From the NCBI GenBank assembly GCA_030491005.1, contig JAKZMJ010000023.1, positions 17,029 to 81,028 of the forward strand: a DNA stretch of 64,000 nt. Reading direction: 5' to 3'. Position 1 is the first letter of the stretch; the number at the start of each line of letters is the position of its first letter. The DNA is from Sulfurospirillum sp. GTDB taxonomy: Bacteria > Campylobacterota > Campylobacteria > Campylobacterales > Arcobacteraceae. The translations under genes and the position numbers were made by a program. Shown one piece after another: positions 27,367-39,350 of this stretch. The notes under the pieces were generated by a model. That model searched no databases, was not told the origin of the DNA, and worked only from the letters and a program-made list of their open reading frames with translations.

Positions 27367-29577
27367 ATGCAAACATTTAATAATATAGAAGAATTAGCTT
27401 TAGCACACTCTTTAAGTATAGAAGAGTTGGATAATATTAAAAAAATATTAAAAAGAGATCCCAATTATCTTGAAATAGGAATTTTCTCAGCTATGTGGAG
27501 TGAGCATTGTTCATATAAATCTAGTAAAAAATACTTAAATGCTTTTCCTACAACTGCCCCTTGGGTTATTCAAGGTCCTGGTGAAAATGCTGGAGTTATT
27601 GATATAGGTGATGGATATGCAGCTGTTTTTAAAATGGAATCGCATAATCATCCATCTTTTATAGAACCTTATCAAGGAGCAGCTACTGGTGTTGGTGGTA
27701 TTTTAAGAGATGTTTTTACTATGGGGGCACGTCCTATTGCAAATATGAACTCAATTAGATTTGCAAGTATACAAGGAAATAGCCAAACTGCACAAAAACA
27801 TAGGTATTTATTAAAAGGTGTAGTATCTGGTATTGGTGGATATGGTAACTGTATGGGAGTTCCAACTATTGGAGGAGAAACCACTTTTGAGGAATGTTAT
27901 GCTGGAAATAATCTTGTAAATGCTTTCACGCTTGGAATTGCTAAAAAAGATGAGATATTTTTAGGCTTAGCTGAGGGTATTGGAAATCCTGTTATGTATG
28001 TAGGAAGTAAAACAGGTCGTGATGGTTTAGGTGGTGCTGTTATGAGTTCTGCTTCTTTTACGCAAGATAGTGAAAGTAAACGCCCAACCGTTCAAGTAGG
28101 AGACCCTTTTACTGAAAAACTTTTACTTGAAGCTTGTTTAGAACTATTTAAACATGATTATATTATAGGTATTCAAGATATGGGAGCAGCAGGGCTAACA
28201 TCTTCTTCTTTTGAAATGGCAGGGCGAAGTGGTTCTGGTATGAGAATGGATTTAGATAAAGTTCCATCAAGAGAAGAGGGTATGACTCCTTATGATTTTA
28301 TGTTAAGTGAATCACAAGAGCGTATGCTAATTTGTGCTAAAAAAGGCTGTGAAGATAAAATCATAGAGATTTTTGAAAAATGGGAATTAGATGTGGCAGT
28401 TATTGGCGAAGTTACAAATACTGGAAATATGGAATTATTCTGGAACAATGAATTATGTGCCAATATTCCAATTCAGCCTTTAAGTGAACAAGCTCCCATT
28501 TTAGATAGACCCGTTAAAAAACCTGCATATTTAGATGAAATTAAAAATTTTGTAATGGATAAAGAATTTTCTAATCAAATAGTTTTTGATAAATTATTTT
28601 GCGATATTGAAGTTGTAGATAAATCGTGGATTTATAATCAATATGATTCAACAGTACAAACAAATACTATAAAAGGTCCTGGAACTCTTGATGCTTCAAG
28701 TGTTAGAATTAAGGAAACAGGAAAAGCCTTATCTATGAGTGCTGATTGTAATACTAGATTTTGTTATATAAACCCTGAACTAGGAGCAGCAGCTGCTGTT
28801 ATGGAAAGTGGTAGAAATGTTGCTATGAGTGGAGCAGTTCCAAAGGCAATAACTGATTGTCTTAATTTTGGAAATCCAGAAAAAGAAGAAGTTATGTGGC
28901 AATTTGCTTCTTCTTGTGAAGGAATAAAACAAGCTTGTAAAGCTTTAAATACTCCTGTAGTTAGTGGAAATGTATCTTTATATAATGAAACAAATAAAAT
29001 AGGAATATTCCCTACTCCATCAATTGTAACAGTAGGAGTTAATGAAGATGCAAATAAAATCTTACCCTCATATTTACAAGAAGATGATAATATTTTATAT
29101 CTCTTAGGAGAAACTAAAGAAGAATTTGGTGGCTCATTATATATGAAAAAAATGTACGATACCATCTCTGGAGTTCATCCTGAAGTAGATTTTACTAAAG
29201 AATTACAACTATGGAATACAGTAATAAAAGCAAATGAATTAAACCTTTTAAAGTCTGCTAAAGATGTTAATGTAGGTGGTATCGCTATTGCTTTAGCAAA
29301 AATGGCAGTTAAGGGAAATAAAGGTTTAGAAGCTAATATTTCTTTAGAAAACTCAAATGAGATTTTTTCTGAAACTTTAAGTAGAGCTATTGTCGAAGTA
29401 GATAAAAACAAGTGCCAAGAATTTTCTAATTTTATGGAAAAAAGAGAAATTATTTGTGTTAAAATTGGATATGTAAGTGGAGATAAAGTCATTATAAATG
29501 ATATTTATAAAAACTTGAATAGCTTAAAAGATATTTATTTTAATACTTTTCAAACTATTATTGAACAAGATTTATAA
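27367..29577 (+). CDS. purL: Phosphoribosylformylglycinamidine synthase subunit II
   Basis: 'SAMWSEHCSYKSSK', 'FKMESHNHPSFIEPYQGAATGVGGILRD', 736 aa. Confidence 0.95.
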   Translation: MQTFNNIEELALAHSLSIEELDNIKKILKRDPNYLEIGIFSAMWSEHCSYKSSKKYLNAFPTTAPWVIQGPGENAGVIDIGDGYAAVFKMESHNHPSFIEPYQGAATGVGGILRDVFTMGARPIANMNSIRFASIQGNSQTAQKHRYLLKGVVSGIGGYGNCMGVPTIGGETTFEECYAGNNLVNAFTLGIAKKDEIFLGLAEGIGNPVMYVGSKTGRDGLGGAVMSSASFTQDSESKRPTVQVGDPFTEKLLLEACLELFKHDYIIGIQDMGAAGLTSSSFEMAGRSGSGMRMDLDKVPSREEGMTPYDFMLSESQERMLICAKKGCEDKIIEIFEKWELDVAVIGEVTNTGNMELFWNNELCANIPIQPLSEQAPILDRPVKKPAYLDEIKNFVMDKEFSNQIVFDKLFCDIEVVDKSWIYNQYDSTVQTNTIKGPGTLDASSVRIKETGKALSMSADCNTRFCYINPELGAAAAVMESGRNVAMSGAVPKAITDCLNFGNPEKEEVMWQFASSCEGIKQACKALNTPVVSGNVSLYNETNKIGIFPTPSIVTVGVNEDANKILPSYLQEDDNILYLLGETKEEFGGSLYMKKMYDTISGVHPEVDFTKELQLWNTVIKANELNLLKSAKDVNVGGIAIALAKMAVKGNKGLEANISLENSNEIFSETLSRAIVEVDKNKCQEFSNFMEKREIICVKIGYVSGDKVIINDIYKNLNSLKDIYFNTFQTIIEQDL

Positions 29578-29840
29578 ATAAATCCTATTGTTCTAATGTT
29601 CTAAACATTCCAACATATTATATACTTCTTGTATATAAATAATTTTTTTCAGGTCTAGCTCTTCTATATCATTCTATTACATTTTATTCCTAAAAATAGC
29701 TAGGCATAATTTATACTTTTTTTTATATCTCTCTTGATTTTTAATACATTAAATGAATATATGATTTAAGTTACTTTTAATTAAAAAACAAATACAATCT
29801 TTTATATATAAAATTTTATTTTATATAAGAAAGGGTATAT

Positions 29841-30836
29841 ATGTTAAATGATCAGCAGTCTATATTAAATTTTAATTTAGCTTGTGGTACTGCATCATTT
29901 GGAAATTTGTATAAGAGTATGAATTCAAAAGAAGTTTTTGATACCTTAAACAATGTTTGGGACTTAGGATATAGATATTTTGATACAGCACCTTTTTATG
30001 GTTTTGGATTAAGTGAAAGAAGATTAGGAGATTTTTTAAGAAATAAACAATCTTCAGAATATGTACTTTCTACTAAAGTTGGAAGAATTCTTAATCCTGA
30101 TGGTTCATATCATAAGGATAGGGATTTTTATAAAAATGCTTTACCTTTTAAACCTGAATATGATTATTCTTATGATGGAATAATGAAATCTTTCGATCAT
30201 AGTCTTCAACGCTTAGGTTTAGAAAAAATTGATATATTATATATGCATGATTTAGGTAAAGTAACACATTCTTCAAATCATAAAAAACATATGAAAATAG
30301 CAATGAATGGTGGATATAAAGCTTTAGAAAAATTGAAATCATTAAAATTAATCAAAGGTTTTGGTCTTGGTGTTAATGAATATGAAGTATGTGAAGAAGC
30401 ACTTGAATATGGTGACTGGGATTACTTTTTACTAGCTGGAAGATATACTCTTTTAGAACAAAATGCAGTAAAAACATTTATCCCTAAATGTATAAAAAGA
30501 AAATCAAAAATCATTTTAGGAGGTATATTTAATTCTGGTATATTAGCTACAGGTTCACAAGATGGTGCGAAATATAATTATAAAACTGCACCAGAAGAAA
30601 TAGTGATAAAAGTAAAAAGAATAGAAGATATATGTTTGAAATTTGATGTAAAACTATCACAAGCTGCTTTGCAGTTTCCATTTTTAAAAAAGAATATAGA
30701 TTCTATATTAATAGGAAGTTCAAATTTAAAACATTATAAGTCAGCATTTTTTGATTTAAAAGCCAAAATACCAAAAGAGTTTTGGCAAGAGTTACTTAAT
30801 CAAAATCTTATTTTAGAAGAATGCGTAGATTTTTAA
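29841..30836 (+). CDS. Aldo/keto reductase (candidate L-fucose / D-threo-aldose 1-dehydrogenase)
   Basis: 'GYRYFDTAPFYGFGLSERRLGDFL', 'LSTKVGR', 'IDILYMHD'. Context of a 6-deoxyhexose pathway. Confidence 0.7.
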   Translation: MLNDQQSILNFNLACGTASFGNLYKSMNSKEVFDTLNNVWDLGYRYFDTAPFYGFGLSERRLGDFLRNKQSSEYVLSTKVGRILNPDGSYHKDRDFYKNALPFKPEYDYSYDGIMKSFDHSLQRLGLEKIDILYMHDLGKVTHSSNHKKHMKIAMNGGYKALEKLKSLKLIKGFGLGVNEYEVCEEALEYGDWDYFLLAGRYTLLEQNAVKTFIPKCIKRKSKIILGGIFNSGILATGSQDGAKYNYKTAPEEIVIKVKRIEDICLKFDVKLSQAALQFPFLKKNIDSILIGSSNLKHYKSAFFDLKAKIPKEFWQELLNQNLILEECVDF

Positions 30837-30856
30837 AAAATTAATAAGGAGATAAA

Positions 30857-32164
30857 ATGAGTATAAAAAGAATAAGCAAAATGGGATTAGCAGCAGCCGT
30901 ACTTTTACCAAGTATTGTGCTTGCTTCAAACTTTGATGGTGTTACAATTGAAGCAAAATTTATTGGAGGGCAACAATATGAAAGATTGTACTCTAAAATA
31001 AAAGATTGGGAAAAGCAAACAGGTGCTAAAGTTAAAATCATTTCAAAAAAAAGTCATTTTGAACTTGATAAAGAAATCAAATCTGATATAGCTGCTGGTA
31101 CGACTTCATGGTGTGTAGGTTCTAATCACACAAGTTTTGTACCTCAATATACTTCTATTTATGTTAATTTAGAACCTTTAATATCTAAAGATCATCAAGA
31201 TGGATATGTTCAAGCATTATTAAAAGCTGGAATTCTTAAAGGTAATATGCAGATGGTTCCAAGAGCACAATTTGATGTAAGAGCTTTATATTATCAAAAA
31301 TCCTTATATAAAAGTAAAAAAAATCAAGATGATTTTAAAAAAGAACATGGTTATGCTTTAACATTACCAAAAACTTGGAAAGAAGTAAAAATTCATGCTA
31401 TTTTCTTTTCAAAATTAACTAATATTTTTGGTCATCAATTCGCTGGAAAAGATGAAGCTTTAGTAGGAACATTTTATGAATTCTTGATATCAGAAGGTGG
31501 TTCGATGTTCGATAAGAATGATAGACCCGCATTTAATTCTAAAGCAGGTGAGCAAGCTTTACAATGGTTTAGAGACTTATATAAGGCAAAAGCAGTTCCA
31601 GCTGGTACTATTCAATATGTTTGGGATGAGTTAGGTGCTGGTTTTGCATCTGGTACTATTGCACTTAATTTTGATTGGCCAGGTTGGTCTGGATATTTTA
31701 ATGATCCAAAGAATTCAAAAATCTCTGGAGATGTAGGTATCTTACCACCACCAATGGGATCTGTAAAACAAACTGGTTGGTCAGGTTCTCATGGTTTTTC
31801 AATTACAAAAAAATGTAAGAATAAAAAAGCTGCTGTATCTTTAATCGAATTTATGACAAATGATAAAGCACAGTTATTTGAAAGTGAAAAAGGTTCATTA
31901 CCAACACGAACAAAAACATGGAAAGATTTAAAAGCAAAAGTTGCTAAAACAAATGATGTTTATGCAAAAGAAAAACTAGTTGCTTTTGAAAATGCCGCAA
32001 AAGCAGCATTTGCAGTACCTAAGTATCCTGAATGGGGTGAAGTTGTAAATGCAATTTATCCTTTATTACAAAAAGCTATTCTTGGTGATTTAAGTGTCAA
32101 AGAAGCATTAAGTAAGGCAGAAAAATTAGCAGATGAAATTATGAAAGAAAATTCTTATTACTAG
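30857..32164 (+). CDS. ABC sugar transporter, periplasmic substrate-binding protein
   Basis: Signal peptide. Family-1 solute-binding layout (435 aa). Followed by two permeases and an ATPase. Confidence 0.85.
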   Translation: MSIKRISKMGLAAAVLLPSIVLASNFDGVTIEAKFIGGQQYERLYSKIKDWEKQTGAKVKIISKKSHFELDKEIKSDIAAGTTSWCVGSNHTSFVPQYTSIYVNLEPLISKDHQDGYVQALLKAGILKGNMQMVPRAQFDVRALYYQKSLYKSKKNQDDFKKEHGYALTLPKTWKEVKIHAIFFSKLTNIFGHQFAGKDEALVGTFYEFLISEGGSMFDKNDRPAFNSKAGEQALQWFRDLYKAKAVPAGTIQYVWDELGAGFASGTIALNFDWPGWSGYFNDPKNSKISGDVGILPPPMGSVKQTGWSGSHGFSITKKCKNKKAAVSLIEFMTNDKAQLFESEKGSLPTRTKTWKDLKAKVAKTNDVYAKEKLVAFENAAKAAFAVPKYPEWGEVVNAIYPLLQKAILGDLSVKEALSKAEKLADEIMKENSYY

Positions 32165-32185
32165 AATTTATTTACTATAAAAATT

Positions 32186-32213
32186 AAACAAACATATTTT
32201 AATATGTTTGTTT
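32186..32213 (+). terminator. Intra-operon hairpin (possible attenuator or mRNA stabiliser)
   Basis: Perfect 12-bp stem AAACAAACATAT / ATATGTTTGTTT with loop TTTA, 22 nt after the binding-protein stop. No long T-tract follows. Confidence 0.35.
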
Positions 32214-32238
32214 ATAATTCACAAGGAAAGAATAAAAA

Positions 32239-33135
32239 ATGAAAAAAAGCTTTTTTTCTGTACCAATGTTACTATTATTACCTTCTTTTATTATTTTAAT
32301 TTTAATAATAGTTTTTCCACTTATATTTTCTTTATATTCTAGTTTTACACCTTATAAGTTAATTAAGCCTGACTCTTTGTATGTGTTTATTGGTTTTGCT
32401 AATTATATAAAACTATTATCTAGTTGGGATTTTTGGGAAGGATTTGGAAGAACTATTTTAGTATTAACCTTAGCTATTAATATAGAGTTTGTTTTAGGTT
32501 TAGGTATAGCTTTATTGATTAATAAAGTTACATATAATGCAAGAATGTTAAGAACAATTATGATGTTTCCCATGATGTTTTCACCCATATTAGTGGGTTT
32601 TCAATTTAAGTTTATGTTCAATGATAATATTGGAGTTGTTAATAATCTTTTAAGAGAATTTAATATTATTTCTTCAGATATACCGTGGTTAATAGATTCA
32701 AGCTTAGCACTTTTTTCTATTTTATCAGCTGAGATATGGTCTTCAACATCAGTATTTGCTATATTATTATTAGCTGGATTAATGGCTGTTCCAAAAGAGC
32801 CAATAGAAGCTTCAAAAATAGATGGCTGTACAGCAATTCAAACATTTAGGTATATTACTTTACCTTATTTAATGCCATTTATTTATATAGCTATGACTAT
32901 TAGATCTTTAGATATAGCAAGAGCTTATGATATTATAAGAATAATGACAAATGGAGGACCAGCTGGAAGAACAGAACTGATATGGACCATGATAGGAAAA
33001 ACAGGTTTTAATGATTCTAAGATGGGACTAGCAAATGCGATGGCATATATTTCAATAATATTATCAATAGCTGTTACTTATTATTTTTTTAATAAATTAA
33101 ATAAAATCAAACAAGATACAATGGGAATAGTATAA
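32239..33135 (+). CDS. ABC sugar transporter permease
   Basis: 6 TM helices and the EAA-type loop 'IEASKIDGCTAIQTFRYITLP'. Confidence 0.9.
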   Translation: MKKSFFSVPMLLLLPSFIILILIIVFPLIFSLYSSFTPYKLIKPDSLYVFIGFANYIKLLSSWDFWEGFGRTILVLTLAINIEFVLGLGIALLINKVTYNARMLRTIMMFPMMFSPILVGFQFKFMFNDNIGVVNNLLREFNIISSDIPWLIDSSLALFSILSAEIWSSTSVFAILLLAGLMAVPKEPIEASKIDGCTAIQTFRYITLPYLMPFIYIAMTIRSLDIARAYDIIRIMTNGGPAGRTELIWTMIGKTGFNDSKMGLANAMAYISIILSIAVTYYFFNKLNKIKQDTMGIV

Positions 33136-33995
33136 TGAATAATACAATTAATAAATTAAATAAGTCGGTATTAGAAGTAGCAAGATTAGTTTTAACATTT
33201 CTTGTAATGTTAGTTATTGTAGCACCTGGAGGGTGGATTTTTTATAATGCTTTTAGACATAATGTTGATATTCAATCAAGACCAGCAGTTTGGGCACCTA
33301 ATTTTACTTTAGATAATTTTGCGGCAATTTTTGGAGAAGTTGGTGAAGGTTTTGTGCCAATTATGCAATATTTATCAAATTCATTAATTATATCTATTAC
33401 TAGTACAGTTATTGCTTTAATAATTGGTATTTCTGGTGGCTACGCATTTGCAAGATATAAATTTAAATATAAGAAAAAACTTTTTTTATATTTAATGTTA
33501 ACAAGGACAGTTCCTGGTGTTGCCATGAGTTTACCAATTTTTATTATGTTTGCAAAAGTAGGAATAATTGATACAAAAATCGGAATAATATTGTTTTATG
33601 TAGCATTAAATATACCCTTTACGATTTGGTTAGTCGAAGGATTTTTTCTACAAATTCCTAAAGACTTATATGAAGCAGCAATCATTGATGGCTGTACAAG
33701 GTGGGAAGCATTTTGGAAAATCGAATTTCCACTTGCTAAATCAGGAATAGCATCAGCTGCTATTTTTGCTTTTTTAATCGCATGGAATGAGTTTGCAATA
33801 GTGTCACAGTTATCAAGGTCAATAGATTCAAAAACTTTACCAGTTGGACTATTAGATTTTACAAGTGAATTTACTATTAATTGGGCAGGAATGTGTGCAT
33901 TTTCTGTGATTATGATTGTACCAGCAGTTGTTTTGACTTTTATTGTTCAAAAACATTTGGTAGCTGGTCTAACATTTGGTGGAGTTAAAGGATAA
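33135..33995 (+). CDS. ABC sugar transporter permease
   Basis: '[21 protein letters not shown]'. ATG overlaps the upstream stop. Confidence 0.9.
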   Translation: MNNTINKLNKSVLEVARLVLTFLVMLVIVAPGGWIFYNAFRHNVDIQSRPAVWAPNFTLDNFAAIFGEVGEGFVPIMQYLSNSLIISITSTVIALIIGISGGYAFARYKFKYKKKLFLYLMLTRTVPGVAMSLPIFIMFAKVGIIDTKIGIILFYVALNIPFTIWLVEGFFLQIPKDLYEAAIIDGCTRWEAFWKIEFPLAKSGIASAAIFAFLIAWNEFAIVSQLSRSIDSKTLPVGLLDFTSEFTINWAGMCAFSVIMIVPAVVLTFIVQKHLVAGLTFGGVKG

Positions 33996-33997
33996 TA

Positions 33998-35089
33998 ATG
34001 GGAAAAATTAGTATTAGAAATATTGTAAAAGAATATAATAAAGATTCTTTAGCAGTAAAAGGAATTAATCTTGAAATAAAAGATAAAGAATTTGTAGTCT
34101 TAGTTGGACCTTCTGGTTGTGGTAAATCTACCACTCTTAGGATGTTAGCAGGTTTAGAAGATATTTCTTCTGGAGAAATATTATTTGATGATGTTTTGAT
34201 AAATGATTTACCTCCAAGGTTAAGAGATATTTCTATGGTTTTTCAATCTTATGCCTTATATCCTCATTTAAGCATAAAAGAAAATTTAGAATTTGGTTTA
34301 AAGATTTCAAAAGTAAATCCAATTGAAATTGAAAAAAGAGTTAAAGAAGTGTCAGAAATGTTAGAGATAAACGAATACTTAGATAGAAAACCTGCATTTC
34401 TTTCAGGAGGACAAAGACAACGAGTTGCAATGGGAAGAGCAATAGTTAGACATCCAAATATTTTTTTATTTGATGAACCTTTATCTAATCTTGATGCAAA
34501 GCTTAGAACAAAAATGAGATTTGAAATTAAACAGTTACACAAAAAATTAAAAAAAACAATTGTTTATGTAACTCATGATCAAATTGAAGCTATGACACTA
34601 GCTGATCGTATTGTAGTTATGAGAGATGGGCAAATAGAACAAGAAGGTAAACCTTTAGATGTTTTTAATAAACCAATTAATAAATTTGTGGCAACTTTCT
34701 TAGGTAGTCCTCCTATGAATTTAGCAAATGGGGTGATTTATAAAAACTTTATTAAATTAGAAGATGGTAAATTAATTGATATTCCTTTAAGATATAAAAA
34801 CCATCTTAGTGAAAAACAAAAAGTTATTTTTGGTGTTCGAGCTGATAGTATAGTTCCAAATCATTATGCAAATATTGTAAATTATGTTTCTTTTGAAGAA
34901 ACGGTGATAGAAGAAGAACCCTTAGGTATTGAAAGTAATTTGTATATTAATGTTGGAAATTCACAATTTATATCAAGAATGAACCACGCAGAAACTGTAC
35001 CTGTTGGTACTAAAATGAATTTTTTTATAAACTTAGATAAAGCATATTTATTTGATAGAGCAACAAACTTGACAATAAAAGAAAATTAG
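33998..35089 (+). CDS. ABC sugar transporter ATP-binding protein (MalK/UgpC type)
   Basis: '[18 protein letters not shown]', '[14 protein letters not shown]', '[11 protein letters not shown]', C-terminal regulatory domain. Confidence 0.9.
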   Translation: MGKISIRNIVKEYNKDSLAVKGINLEIKDKEFVVLVGPSGCGKSTTLRMLAGLEDISSGEILFDDVLINDLPPRLRDISMVFQSYALYPHLSIKENLEFGLKISKVNPIEIEKRVKEVSEMLEINEYLDRKPAFLSGGQRQRVAMGRAIVRHPNIFLFDEPLSNLDAKLRTKMRFEIKQLHKKLKKTIVYVTHDQIEAMTLADRIVVMRDGQIEQEGKPLDVFNKPINKFVATFLGSPPMNLANGVIYKNFIKLEDGKLIDIPLRYKNHLSEKQKVIFGVRADSIVPNHYANIVNYVSFEETVIEEEPLGIESNLYINVGNSQFISRMNHAETVPVGTKMNFFINLDKAYLFDRATNLTIKEN

Positions 35090-35114
35090 CTAGCTTTGTT
35101 TTTGTTTTAAGGAG

Positions 35115-35453
35115 ATGATTAAGATGAAAAAGATGGGCATGTGTATAAAATTGAAAAAAGACAAAGTTAAAGATTATAAAATATTACATAAGAATTGTCC
35201 AAAGGAAATTAAAAAATTATTAAAAAAAATTAATATTAATAATTTTTCTATTTTTTTGAAAGAACCAGAAAATATACTTTTTTCTTATTGGGAGTATGTT
35301 GGAACTGATTTTGAAAAAGATATGAAGATTATGTCAGAAGATGTAAACAATAAGCAATGGTGGGAACTTTGTGGTCCATGTCAAACACCTTTTAAAATAA
35401 GAAAAAAAGGTGAATGGTGGTCAAGTATGGAAAGTATTTTTTATAATGAATAA
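35115..35453 (+). CDS. Rhamnose-mutarotase-family (DUF718) protein, candidate L-fucose mutarotase
   Basis: 'MCIKLKKDKVKDYKILHKNCPKEIKKLLKKININNFSIFL..LFSYWEYVG'. The start could instead be the ATG at 35124. Confidence 0.65.
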   Translation: MIKMKKMGMCIKLKKDKVKDYKILHKNCPKEIKKLLKKININNFSIFLKEPENILFSYWEYVGTDFEKDMKIMSEDVNNKQWWELCGPCQTPFKIRKKGEWWSSMESIFYNE

Positions 35454-35460
35454 GGATTAA

Positions 35461-36198
<738 letters not shown>

Positions 36199-36209
36199 AA
36201 GGAAAATAA

Positions 36210-37040
36210 ATGAAATTTTTAAGATATACAAATAATAACGAAACAAAACCAGCAGTGGAAGTTGATGGTGTTATATATGATATTAGTTCACTAGTATATG
36301 ATATTAATAATAAAACAATTGAAAAGTTATTACAAATGAATATAGATATTTCTACTTTAAAAAAAGTAGAAAAATATGAAAAACTAGAATCACCTATTGA
36401 TGGTGTTGGTAAAATAATTTGTATTGGTTTAAACTATGTTGACCATGCAAAAGAAAGTGGAATGGAAATACCCAGTGAACCAGTAGTTTTTATGAAAGCT
36501 ACATCATCTATTATTGGACCAAATGATGATGTTGAAATTCCAAGAAATTCGATTAAAACTGATTGGGAAGTAGAATTAGGTGTTGTTATTGGAAAAAAAG
36601 CTAAATATATACAAGAAAAAGATGCTTATGATTATATAGCTGGTTTTACTATAATAAATGATATCTCAGAAAGAGAATTTCAATTAGAGCGTGAGGGACA
36701 ATGGACTAAAGGAAAAAGTCATGATACCTTTTCTCCAATTGGACCATATATAGTCACAAAAGATGAAGTTGGAAATGAAGATAATTTAAAAATGACATTA
36801 AGTGTTGATGGTAAATTATTTCAAAATGGAAGTACAAATACTATGTATTATAAAGTTCCATTTATTGTTTCTTATTTGTCAAATTTTATGACACTTCTTC
36901 CAGGGGACATTATCTCAACAGGAACACCTCCTGGTGTTGGATTTGGTCAAAAACCTCAAATATATTTAAAAAAGAATCAAACGATGGAATTAAGTATTGA
37001 AAAACTTGGTTCTCAAAGACAAATAACAGTTGCTTTATAA
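36210..37040 (+). CDS. Fumarylacetoacetate-hydrolase-family protein (candidate 2,4-diketo-3-deoxy-L-fuconate hydrolase)
   Basis: 'KIICIGLNYVDHAKESG', 'DWEVELGVVIGKKAK', 'LLPGDIISTGTPPGVG'. Confidence 0.8.
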   Translation: MKFLRYTNNNETKPAVEVDGVIYDISSLVYDINNKTIEKLLQMNIDISTLKKVEKYEKLESPIDGVGKIICIGLNYVDHAKESGMEIPSEPVVFMKATSSIIGPNDDVEIPRNSIKTDWEVELGVVIGKKAKYIQEKDAYDYIAGFTIINDISEREFQLEREGQWTKGKSHDTFSPIGPYIVTKDEVGNEDNLKMTLSVDGKLFQNGSTNTMYYKVPFIVSYLSNFMTLLPGDIISTGTPPGVGFGQKPQIYLKKNQTMELSIEKLGSQRQITVAL

Positions 37041-37052
37041 AAAGTCAAGATA

Positions 37053-37334
37053 ATGAAAAATAATATAAATAAAATAGCTATTCACTTGCATGATGATGAT
37101 AATATTGCAGTTGCTTGTGATGATTTATTGAAAAATGAAAAAGTAATAATTGAAGATAAAGAGATATGTTTATTAGATGATGTTGGCTTAGCACATAAAT
37201 TGGCATTTGTTGATATAAAAAAAGGCGATAAAGTTATCAAATTTGGGGCATATATAGGATCTGCATTAAAAGATATAAAAGTAGGTGAACATGTGCATTT
37301 ACATAATATTAAAAGTGATTATATAATCATATAA
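37053..37334 (+). CDS. UxaA-family dehydratase, small SAF-domain subunit
   Basis: 93 aa, 'DDNIAVA...GDKVIKFGAYIGSALKDIKVGEHVHLHN'. Split N-terminal part, as in the Campylobacter jejuni cj0482/cj0483 pair. Confidence 0.75.
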   Translation: MKNNINKIAIHLHDDDNIAVACDDLLKNEKVIIEDKEICLLDDVGLAHKLAFVDIKKGDKVIKFGAYIGSALKDIKVGEHVHLHNIKSDYIII

Positions 37335-37377
37335 TAAAAAAAATATTTATATTTTTTTAAAAAGAAGAAGGTTTATT

Positions 37378-38571
37378 ATGAGTAAAATAACAGGGTATTT
37401 AAGATCAGATGGAAAAAAAGGCATTAGAAATTCAATTCTTGTTTGTTACTTAGTAGAATGTGCAAAATTTGTAGCACAAAAAATTGTAAATAAATTTGAT
37501 GATGATGTTCAATTAGTAGGCTTTTCAGGATGTTATCCAAATGATTACTCACAAAGAATTTTAGAAGCTATAACAACCCATACAAATGTAGGAGCAGTTA
37601 TCTTAGTTTCTTTAGGATGTGAAAGTTTTGATAAAAATAGTTTATTTAAATATATAAAAGAAAGCAAAAGAGAAGTTGAACTTTTAACAATCCAAGAAAA
37701 CGGAGGTACTTTATCTAGTATTGAATTTGGGCAAAGTTGGGTTGAACAAACAAAAGCCAAACTAGCATTGATGAAAACAGTAGATATGAATATCAGTGAA
37801 TTAGTTGTAGGGACTATTTGTGGTGGCTCAGATGGAACAAGTGGAATGAGTGGAAATCCAGCTGTTGGAAAAACTTTTGATACTCTTCTTAAAAATGATG
37901 CTATTTGTATTTTTGAAGAAACTGGTGAATTAATTGGTTGTGAATATATTATGGCAAACAGAGCAGATAATAAAAAAGTAGCAAAAGATTTGATTACTTC
38001 TGTGAAAAAAGCTTCTACTTATTATAAAGTGATGGGACATGGTAGTTTTGCCTTAGGTAATGCAGAAGGTGGTCTAAGCACACAAGAAGAAAAATCAATG
38101 GGTGCATATGCAAAAAGTGGTTCTTCAAAAATTACAGGTGTTATAAAACCAGGAATGTATCCTAGTAAAAAAGGTCTTTTTTTATTAGATGTTGTACCAG
38201 ATGGGCAAGAGTTATGGGGTTTTCCAAACATAAATGATAATGCTGAGATAGTTGAGCTAATATCAAGTGGCGCACATATTATATTATTTGTCACAGGAAG
38301 AGGTTCGGTTGTAGGTTCAGCAATTTCACCAGTAATTAAAATATGCGCTAATCCAAATACATATATTAATTTAAAAGATGATATGGATATAAATGCTGGA
38401 AAGATTATAGAAGGTACTTCTAGCATAGATGAAATTGGAGATGAAATTTATCAAAAAATAATATCTGTTTGTAATGGAGAGTTAAGTAAATCTGAGGCAT
38501 TAGGACATAGAGAATTTGTATTAGGATATAAATATTTTGATAATAATACAAATTGTGGTATAAAGTTGTAA
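37378..38571 (+). CDS. UxaA-family dehydratase, large subunit (candidate L-fuconate dehydratase)
   Basis: 'GYLRSDGKKGIRNSILV', 'GGSDGTSG', 'HIILFVTGRGS' (altronate-dehydratase-like C-terminal domain). Confidence 0.75.
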   Translation: MSKITGYLRSDGKKGIRNSILVCYLVECAKFVAQKIVNKFDDDVQLVGFSGCYPNDYSQRILEAITTHTNVGAVILVSLGCESFDKNSLFKYIKESKREVELLTIQENGGTLSSIEFGQSWVEQTKAKLALMKTVDMNISELVVGTICGGSDGTSGMSGNPAVGKTFDTLLKNDAICIFEETGELIGCEYIMANRADNKKVAKDLITSVKKASTYYKVMGHGSFALGNAEGGLSTQEEKSMGAYAKSGSSKITGVIKPGMYPSKKGLFLLDVVPDGQELWGFPNINDNAEIVELISSGAHIILFVTGRGSVVGSAISPVIKICANPNTYINLKDDMDINAGKIIEGTSSIDEIGDEIYQKIISVCNGELSKSEALGHREFVLGYKYFDNNTNCGIKL

Positions 38572-38604
38572 AATAAACTTAATTTTGTAAAAGGTTAACA
38601 ATAA

Positions 38605-39345
38605 ATGAAATATCAGGCACCAGCATTATCAAGAGGTTTAGATATCTTAGAGGTTTTATCTAATCAACAAAAACCATTAACATTAAATCAAATTGCAAGT
38701 GAATTAAATTTAAATACTAATCAAGTTTTTAGATTACTTTATGTGTTAGTAGATAAAGAATATATAACTAAACAAAATTCAGATATGTTTGAAATAAATG
38801 GCAAATTATTTTCTTTAGGTTTACAGTATATTAAAAATTATTCTTTTTTAGATATTGTTTATCCTATATTAAGAGAAATATCTTCCAAAACAAATCAATC
38901 TTGTCATTGTACAATTAAAGTGAATGATAAAATGGTTGTTGTAGCAAGAACAGATAGCCCTAGTAGATTTGGTTTTTCTGTTAAAGTTGGTTATTCTAAA
39001 GATATTGAAGATTCATCTTCTGGTAAAATCATTTTGGCAAATTTACCAAAAGATGAACTTGACTTATGTTTAGAAAAAATGGAAAAAAAACACAATAAAA
39101 TTTTTATGAAAGAACTTAAAAAAACAATAGAATTAATTAAAAAACAAAATTATATTATTAGTAAATCTACTTATGTAGAGGGCATTGCAGATATTGTAGT
39201 ACCAGTGGTTGCTTTAAATAGTCATGTAGGGCCTTTTGGTATAGTAATTCCATTTATGAGTAGTTCTGATAATGATTGTACTATTGAATTTGCCTTAAAA
39301 ACTTTGCAAAAAAGCTCAAATAAAATTTTGCAATTAATGCTTTAA
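38605..39345 (+). CDS. IclR-family transcriptional regulator
   Basis: 'APALSRGLDILEVLSNQQKPLTLNQIASELNLNTNQVFRLLYVL'. Confidence 0.85.
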   Translation: MKYQAPALSRGLDILEVLSNQQKPLTLNQIASELNLNTNQVFRLLYVLVDKEYITKQNSDMFEINGKLFSLGLQYIKNYSFLDIVYPILREISSKTNQSCHCTIKVNDKMVVVARTDSPSRFGFSVKVGYSKDIEDSSSGKIILANLPKDELDLCLEKMEKKHNKIFMKELKKTIELIKKQNYIISKSTYVEGIADIVVPVVALNSHVGPFGIVIPFMSSSDNDCTIEFALKTLQKSSNKILQLML

Positions 39346-39350
39346 ATATT

